This document shows positions 56,461-64,000 of a DNA stretch of 64,000 nt, piece by piece. Both the position numbers and the translations under genes were made by a program. Each line of letters opens with the position of its first letter. Within the stretch, counting starts at the first letter, position 1. Source of the DNA: Rhodosorus marinus CCMP1338 (lineage: Eukaryota > Plantae > Rhodophyta). The notes under the pieces are model-generated. The model did not search any database, had not been told where the DNA came from, and was given only the letters and a program-made list of their open reading frames with translations. Location of the stretch: assembly GCA_029953675.1 (NCBI GenBank), contig JAMWBK010000012.1:372001-436000 (forward strand), read 5' to 3'.

Positions 56461-59400
56461 GTCTTCTTCCTCCGCGTGCGTGTCGTCCCGGTTACCCCTG
56501 TTTACCAGTGACCGCTCAGCCTGGCATGAGCGTGTTCTCTCGTGGTTTTCGCACCTTGTTTTCTCCTACCCGGACGGTTCCCTTCCCCTTTGTCGTCAGA
56601 GCACGGCCGTACGGCTCCCTCGTCGACTTCATAAGCCCCTAGGATTGGTGTTGGATTTTCTCTGGCAGCAGGTCGCGGCGAACCCTCACTGCTGTCTTCG
56701 ATGGGAACTCTTGTTCTTTTTTCCCCGCCTCGTGCTCACCTCCTCTACCGTCCCCCTCAACCCACATCCTCGCCGGGTCCACCCTCGCCAAAAAATACAA
56801 ATGTTCCTTTCCGGCAATTTTGAGGACCTCGAACGTCTTTATTTCGCTTCTCTCTATTCCTTTTCTCCTAGGGCTCCCTCAGCTTTCAGGCCTTCTCGAC
56901 AGAATCGGGCGCGTCACGCGGTGGCAGGCGGTGATCTGCGGCGGGCAGCCGGGATCCTCCAGCAGCGGCAACCTGTGGTTCCATACTCCGATGATCTTTC
57001 TTCACCGCTCCGTTTGCTCTTTCCCTCGGAAGGCTCTCCTTGGGACTCCTCGTTTGAATCAGTGTTGGAAGGTACCGCGCCGCGCCACATCCCAGTGCGC
57101 GGTTAGTGGTCAATCTGGAGGCGGTACGTGAGTTGGTTCATGATGCTCCGAAGGGCCGTTCCCCAGGGCCCTCGGGGCTGCGGGTGGAATATCTCCGTTT
57201 CTTAAGTGATGAAGGTTTGAAGGCGTTGGCGTTGGTGGTCGAAGCGCTTGTGAATGGTGATCCCCTGTGTGAGTGTGCGTGGTTCTTGGTCGGGCGTTCG
57301 CAGTTGTGTCTGCTTTCGAAGCCCGGCCACACGGCCTCGAGCCCTGCTATTCGCCCTATTGGCCTGGTTGAGGTGGTCCGCAAATTGGCGGCGCGGTGGT
57401 TAGTGAAAATCCTGGTTCCCGAATCCCGCCGTCTCTTTGGGCACGTGCAGTTAGGCGTGGGCTATCGTGGTGGCTGTGAGTTGTTGTCTGTTTTACTCCG
57501 TTCGGAAATGGCGTACTCCCCAGATTCTGGGCTCCTCTCTGTAGATTTTACCAATGCGTTCAACCGCGTCTCTCGTCCGGCTCTCATGCACGTGGTACGC
57601 GAAGTCTTCCCTGTAGGCTTTCCCTTTTTTAGTAGACTTTATTCTCCGTTTGGTCGTGGGGCTACCTATGACACCCTTGGCGCTTCCTCACACACGTTTG
57701 CGGCGCGAACAGGGGTACAACACGGTGATCCCTTGTCTCCTTTCCTACATGCCTGTGGACTACAACTAGTCTTGCTTTGTCTTCGCTCCGAAAATCCCGC
57801 AGGTTCGTACGGTTGCATACCACGACGAAGTGTGCCTCTTGGGCCCCCCCGATACTCTAGCGCTTGCTTATGATCGTCTCCGCTCCTTGGCTTCGCGGGT
57901 TGACTTGGAGGTTAATCATCACAAATCGTTCTACTGGGGAGGTGTAGCTGCACAAGAGCAGCAGGTACCTGCGTCGTTCCAGGATATTTGGAGACCGGAT
58001 GGTTTTGTCCACTTAGGCATCCCCTACGGGTCGCCGTCCTTCGTTGAAGGCGAGTTGCTGCAGCTCCTCGGTTAGCACAGACAGCTGGTTGCAGAGCTTC
58101 GACGGCTACCTCCGGGCTTCCTCCAGTGCTCGTTGTTGTTGTTTCGGTATTGTTGCAGTCAGCGGTTAACCTATTGGCTCCGCTCACTGCCAACTCATTG
58201 GGGCCCGTGGTTGGCCACTCGTGCGGATGCTGAAAGTTTCCGTGACCTTGGGTATTTTCTCGATGAGGAGCTGAGCGCTCTGTCGCGACCCACCTGTGAT
58301 GTTGTGCGCGCCCAGGTAGGCCTCCCATTGCGATTAGGGGGACTGGGCCTCTGCAATCGTGTTGTGGTCCAACCTGCAGCCGCAGTAGGGGCCTGGGGAA
58401 CCGCACTTCCCACTTTGAGCAGCTTGGGTATCTCGAAGTTCCGCAATTTGATGGCGAGCCTCTCGCGGGGTGTCTTGCTTCCCAGCGTACCGGAAAGCGC
58501 CCAAGACTTGTTTCTGGAGCTCCAAGCCGCCCTGAATTCCTGTACTAGTCTCCCCGAAACCGTTCAACCCCGTCTTTCTGACTGGCGAGCTGTATTTGAC
58601 CGCTCTCGAGGCTCCGCCCCGGGGATTCGTCCTGCGCCTGAACCTGTTCTAGTGGAGATTGACCCAGTGGTTGCCGCAGAAGAAGAAGTTCCCGTTGATC
58701 CTCCTGATGATTCCCAGCGCGCTGGGAGCCGAGCTCAAGCACGCACGGATGCGCTGCAAAATATCCTTTCTTGGGACTTGCACCGTGCTGCATATGGCCG
58801 ACTCCTCGCGCAGATGGTCTCATCTTCTCGCGCTCGCGTCCGCCTACGTAGTCTTGGAGGGGTTATTAGCTCTCAGTGGCTCATGACCGTACCAGCCTTT
58901 CCGCCACTCACACTGTCGGATTTCGAAGTGCGTACTTCACTGCGCTTATACCTCGGTTTACATCAGCCCCCTGGCCGTACGAGATGGGTTCGTCGTGCCC
59001 TCTCTGCTCTCAGACTGAAGACAACGCAGATTGTGGCGCCCACCTGCTCGCTAGTTGCCCGGCGGTGAAAGGTGCTCGAACCCGCCGCCATACACGGATC
59101 TTGAACCTGTTATACCGGGAACTTCGGCCTATAGTCCGGCAAGCCGGTCTGGAAATCGAACGTGAGAAACCTTTACCCGTCGCGGACTTTCAAAATGATG
59201 AACGCCGTGTAGCCGACCTGGTGATCACCTGTGAGGACAGCCACCGTACCACATACGTTGATCTTGCTGTTCCTAATCCTCAAGCTAGTCGTTATCTCCC
59301 GGCTGCGGGGGAGCGCCGTGGATCTGCCGCCGCCAGTATGACACGCCGCAAAGAGATCAAATACGCGGGGGCTTTGTCTCCCCCTGGTGTTCGTGCTTCG

Positions 59401-59595
59401 GCACTAGCACATCGCTTGGTACCCCTGATCATTGAGTGCTTTGGGTTCATGGACTCTGTTGGTTCTCGCTGGCTTCGGGAGTTGTTCCGCGAACGCCCTG
59501 ACCGTCTTCAATCGTTGTTTACCCGCTTAAGTTTCCTGCTGTGGCGCATGAATGCCGCTTTGATGCTGGAGGCGCGAGTACTTCGCCGCGCTTAG
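56453..59595 (+). pseudogene. ORF2 (RT-CCHC-RLE) of the family C element, with 3 frameshifts and one stop
   Basis: ATG 56453 overlaps the ORF1 stop (ATGTCTGA); IRPIGLVEVVRKLA, QLGVG, DFTNAFNRV, GVQHGDPLSP, YHDE (57818-29), LPLRLGGLG, CPLC..H..C, ADL/YVD/KEIKY. Confidence 0.88.
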
Positions 59596-60229
59596 TCTTT
59601 TTTTCCCCTCGGGGTTTTTTTTTCAGCCTCCGATTAAACCATTCGTTCGAGTCCCGAAGCACGAGTTCTTCGCCGCACTTAGTCTTTTTTTCCCCTCGGG
59701 GTTACTTCTTTCAGCCTCCGATTAAACCATTCGTTCGAGTAAATTTATATCACCTCAAAAGATGAATTCCCGTCAAGAAAAAAGTTTCATAGAAAAAAAA
59801 CAAAGCTTGGTTACCGAATCTGATAAACGATGTATATCCCGGTATGGAACGAATATCGCGTTGAAAAAAAACAACAACGAAACTAGTCCGTCCATATCTC
59901 AGTCAATTTATATCACCTCAGTTTACAAACCCTGTCATGAATCATTGTTTTCATAAAGCAAATGGTAGTATTGAATCTAATAAACGATATAGATAGCTAT
60001 TAACTCCGTGCATTTGTCTTGCCTTTTCGGTTTTTGGGTGGAAGAAGATGAAATCCGGTTGGAGTGATGTCGATGGCTGGTAGCCCGGTTGTGGTAGCCT
60101 CACCATTCATTCAGTACGAACGAACGGTTTAATCGGAGGCTGAAAAAAAAAAAAAAAAAGCCTCAGTAGGGCTAAAGTCATTCAGCCAACCCCGATTTCC
60201 TTTGAATGAATGAATGATTTCCTTTAGAG

Positions 60230-62705
60230 CTCGGAGGGGCAGCCAAGTCCAAAGTTTCTGAGGCAGGCAGAGGAATTTTGGGTGATCGGACAACTGGTAG
60301 CCCTGGTGGTGGTAGCCTTGGGGGGCTGAACACTCTCAGCTAAACCTGGCTTCAGGCGGAGATCGGAGTGGGCACCTTTGTGCCGACTCCGCTGAGGTGC
60401 AGGAAATCTCTGTAAAAATAAGAGCAAAACGCGGAATTCATGAGGAAGCACTCCTACTTGCCAGCACGGATCTTCCTTGGGTTTGCGCCCAGGCTCCGTG
60501 GCATCCAGCCGCCCTTCCTTTTTGTCAGTGGTGCGAGAATCGGATCGACCGTTGTGGCTATCACTTTCTGGGCTCGTGTGCACTTCTGAGAGGCCTACGG
60601 AGGAGACACCACAAGCGCATGAAGTAAGATTTGACCCGAGTTTACCGCACTGTCGAATTCGAATCAGATGTGCATCGATCCGGCTCGGCTACCGCGGCAT
60701 CCCTCTTAAACAGGGACCTACTCGTCCACACAGCCGTTCGACGTTTAGAACAAGTGGACCTCCCCAGCACTTGCCCACAGCCAAGTACCTAATTCCCACC
60801 CGCCGCCATCCGCCTGGATACTGCAGCTGCTGATCTTCCCCGGCAGAAGGAACTACGGTACCCGAGAAGCATGACCAGCTCCCCCTTGTTTTGAGTTCAG
60901 GGTTCGAAGGTTTCAGCTTTTCGTTATCGAAAACTTTGGTAACCTTGAAAAGCCAACCTCGGAGTGGCTTTGCAAATGTTCTACTGGTCATTCTGCGGAT
61001 TCTTTAGTACTGATACAACGTTGAGCATCCTACTGAGTACTTGGGGCTTTTACGATGTTTGAGTGCCGCCCTGTGGCGATATTTTAGCCTCATGCTTGCC
61101 GAGGCGCGCCATCGGCGCCTGGGTTTGCACGCTTCCCTCCCTAGTTCTTAGTTCCTTTTCACGCCTTGCGTAGCGCTTCCATACGGTTGAGGTGGAATCG
61201 GAACTACCCAGATCGGTCTCGGATAGGGCACCGCCCCGCTGTATCGCAGATCTCCTCGTCTCCGATGCTGCCGCCAGACGCTCAGCCTATGTTGACCTCG
61301 CGATTACATGCCCTGTGGCAAGCGCCCATCTCACGGCTGCCGCCTGCCGCCGAGGAGCAGCTGCTTCGGCCCTTCGCCGCGTGAAGGTACGACGGTATGC
61401 TGAGAGTATGGCCAGCCTGCCTCGCGCTGAGGGTCGCTCCCACCCGTTCCAGCCTTTCATTGTGGAAAGCTTCGGTCACGTGGAGCGGTCGGGTTTGGAG
61501 TGGTTGCGGAAATGTTTCACTGAGCATCCTGTTGAATACTTGGAACTTTGGCGGCGCTTAAGTGTCTCTCTGTGGCGATATTCGAGCAGCATGCTTGCCG
61601 AGGCGCGCCATCGGCGCCTGGGTTTTCATGCTTCCCTACCTAGTTCTTAGTTCCTTTTCACGCTTTGCGTGGCGCTGTAGGCTATGCTAATAAAGCCAGT
61701 ACAACACCTTTTGCGTAGCGCTTTAGCCTATGCTAGTAAAGCCAGTTATGCCCATAAAGCCAGTAAAGCCCAGTAAAGCCAGCCAGATACAATGGTTCGC
61801 TTGGATCACGCACTTTCACAGACATGCGACAAAAAATCCATCACCCCAGTAAAACCACCATGTTTCTGCTCCTTCCCGAGCTACTCGTGTCCTGGCTGGC
61901 AAGTGTCCGTGGTGCTTAGTCAGGTACAGCGAAGGAGGGATTTCGTAGCGCTTAAGGCTATGTTAGTAAAGCCAATTGGCGCTCTTGAGGCGTTTAAGTG
62001 TCTCCCTTTGGCGATATTCCAGCGACATGCTTTCCGAGGCGCGCCATCGGCGCCTGGGGTTGCATACTTCCCTCCCTAGTTATTAGTTCATCTTCACGCC
62101 TTGCGTAGCGCTTCAGGCTATGCTAGTAAAGTCCAGTAAAGCCAATAAAGCCAGCCAGTAAAGCCACCAGATTTGTTTCGGGATGGGCAAGAGCCCTGTT
62201 GCTAGGTTTACTTTTACTATGCTAGTAAAGTCCTTTTACCGAAGGCTTGCCTCCTGACGTCAACGGGCTTCCCAGTGGCGACTCAGCTTCGCCTGAAGGA
62301 GACGTGATGATGTCCGCTAGACAAGTGTATACTGGGCTTGACTTAGGCTATATTAGCATTACTGGCTTTATTAACATACCCTACAGCGCTACGCAAACCG
62401 TGAAAAGGAACTATTAGCGTTACTAGCATAGCCTGAAGCGCTACGCAAGGCGTGAAAAAGAACTAAGAACTAGGGAGGGAAGCGTGCAAACCCAGGCGCC
62501 GATGGCGTGCCTCGGCAAACATACTGCTAGAATATCGCCACAGGGCGGCACTCAAACGCCGTAAAAGCGCCAAGTACTCAGTAGGATGCTCAGCGAAACA
62601 TTTCCGCAACCACTCTAAACCCGACTTATCCACGTGACCAAAACTCTCCACAATGAAAGGCTGGAACCGGTGGGAGCGACCCTCGGCGTAGGGCAGACTG
62701 GCCAT
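60230..62705. mobile_element. Cluster of family A-like fragments and multiple 3' tails in both orientations
   Basis: ORFs 60397-60627, 61192-61650 and 62463-62705; repeated GCTATGCTA(A/G)TAAAG(C/T)C tails at 61680-62460. Confidence 0.85.
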
Positions 62706-63524
62706 GCTCGCAGCATTTTGAGTATGCTCAAGTAGTGGGTTTGACTACTGGGTTTGGTAATTCTTGATAGAGACGTCATCTGCGTATCGATTTCGATAGT
62801 TGAGAGGTTCGTGACAAACCAAACAGACGACGAGAAAGTAGGAGAGCAAGCCGAGCTGAGGTGGTATTATAGTCGCTCCATCGCATGATGCTCCACAAGG
62901 AGCCGTTCATAAAATGATCGTTTTTGTAAGCTAAAAGAAACACCCGGTGCAGCCTAGTGGCGACCGTCTGCCCTGACACGTATGTGAGAAACTCAATATA
63001 GGAGCTTATAGATTTGGTTACAGAACCCAGCGAATCAGAAAGCCATAGAGAAAAAAACAAGCCATAGAGAAAAAAAAAAGCCAGCTTTGTTAGCCCACGT
63101 CTGAGCGAAGGTCTACACAGTGAGGATACGTCCACAACTCTCTCGAAAGTTAGATGGATGGGGTCAATAATGATCAAGTCATCTAAAATCCGCAGTTTTC
63201 AGCGAACGGAATCCGCGGCTAGGTATCTCAAGAGGCGGTAGAATAGGGGCTGACCGGATCGATATCGCTTACTCCGACCGAAAAACCGAGCGAATGATAG
63301 AATAAGTATCATCTTCATCATCGAAGATAGCCCAGCTTGACTGGTTTGAACACTTGCTGCTTGTGAGTTTTAAAAATTTGTAGGGCGGTACCAACACTTG
63401 TTCCGTTCGACCTAAACTGATCCCAACGTTGGTTGATATAAAGCGCCATGCCCAGCTTGCCGAACATGGAATTTGCTTGTGAGGAGCAGGAGAAGGAGAA
63501 GTGAGAACTGGTGGAATACGCGAG

Positions 63525-64000
63525 ATGCAGAAACTTGGATATAGTCTTCTTTTGGTGTTTTCGGGGGTAGTATGCGTGTCTACTGCACTGAAGTTGCGGG
63601 ACCCGTACGACCCGGAGCCGGAACCTCCGTTCCCGATCCCAACGCCGGGAAAGCCAGATTGTAGCCCAAACCCGTGCAGGAACGGAGGTACCTGCTCTGA
63701 AACAAGCACCGGGTACAGATGCACGTGCCCTGCTGGAACCCTTGGAACTCGGTGTGAGAGAATGCGCGGCACTCTAGAGGTCTATGTGGAAGACGCTTTC
63801 AGGTTGGGGGATGAGGATTTCTGGTCGCGCTCAGATCCGTATGTTAGGGTGATCGGGGTCAACTACTACAATCAGGAACTCACTCTGAACACAGAGAGGT
63901 GTAACGATTGTGACCTCCGCGTGCGCTTCCGCGAGAATCTGCAGTTCGGAAGAAACTATTGGAAGGCCATCAGGGTTTCAGTCTGGGACCATGACGATGA
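63525..64000 (+). CDS. Secreted Pro-rich + EGF + C2 protein (runs off the window; absent from the ORF track)
   Basis: Manual translation: MQKLGYSLLLVFSGVVCVSTA..CSPNPCRNGGTCSETSTGYRCTCPAGTLGTRCER..LEVYVEDAFRLGDEDFWSRSDPYVRV..FRENLQFG..IRVSVWDHDD. Confidence 0.85.
   Translation, partial: MQKLGYSLLLVFSGVVCVSTALKLRDPYDPEPEPPFPIPTPGKPDCSPNPCRNGGTCSETSTGYRCTCPAGTLGTRCERMRGTLEVYVEDAFRLGDEDFWSRSDPYVRVIGVNYYNQELTLNTERCNDCDLRVRFRENLQFGRNYWKAIRVSVWDHDD

Larger units (their letters stand above)
54884..59737 (+). mobile_element. Near full-length two-ORF CRE retrotransposon (family C), candidate TSD AGTAAATTT
   Basis: 5' UTR, ORF1, overlapping ORF2 (RT, CCHC, RLE), 3' UTR hairpin and TTCG tail; AGTAAATTT at 54875-54883 and 59738-59746; a second short 3' piece at about 59658-59737. 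Confidence 0.93.

Noticed and set aside
62225-62250. CCTTTTAC as U5 snRNA loop 1
   Set aside because: No flanking U5 stem or Sm site; lies among element tail fragments.
63269-63772. 167-aa minus-strand ORF
   Set aside because: Antisense shadow of the plus-strand EGF-C2 gene.

Overview
Eukaryotic nuclear DNA: it has GT-AG introns with GTAAG donors and a spliceosomal U2 snRNA gene. The organism cannot be determined from the window, although a unicellular alga is plausible. Roughly half of the window is nested, truncated or rearranged non-LTR retrotransposons of the CRE clade (RT plus C-terminal CCHC zinc knuckle and restriction-like endonuclease). There are two main families. Family A (subtypes A1/A2) ends in A(A/G)TAAAG(C/T)C tails. 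Family C ends in (TTCG)n tails, has TSDs of 5-11 bp and has a near full-length copy at 54884-59737. Both families carry a separate upstream ORF1 and share a strongly conserved 79-nt 5' block. All seven recognisable host protein genes encode predicted secreted proteins: three (EGF)-C2 proteins, two proteins with a shared Cys-rich domain (one with (PT)52 and VWA), a protein with three 7-Cys repeats, and a 1268-aa Gly-rich/helical protein with toxin-like features. A complete U2 snRNA gene (44443-44635, minus strand) lies head-to-head with the 1268-aa gene. About 15 nt downstream of U2 begins the 5' end of a family C element whose uninterrupted ORF1 is fused in frame to unrelated sequence. Domain and family assignments come from motif recognition by eye, not from database searches.
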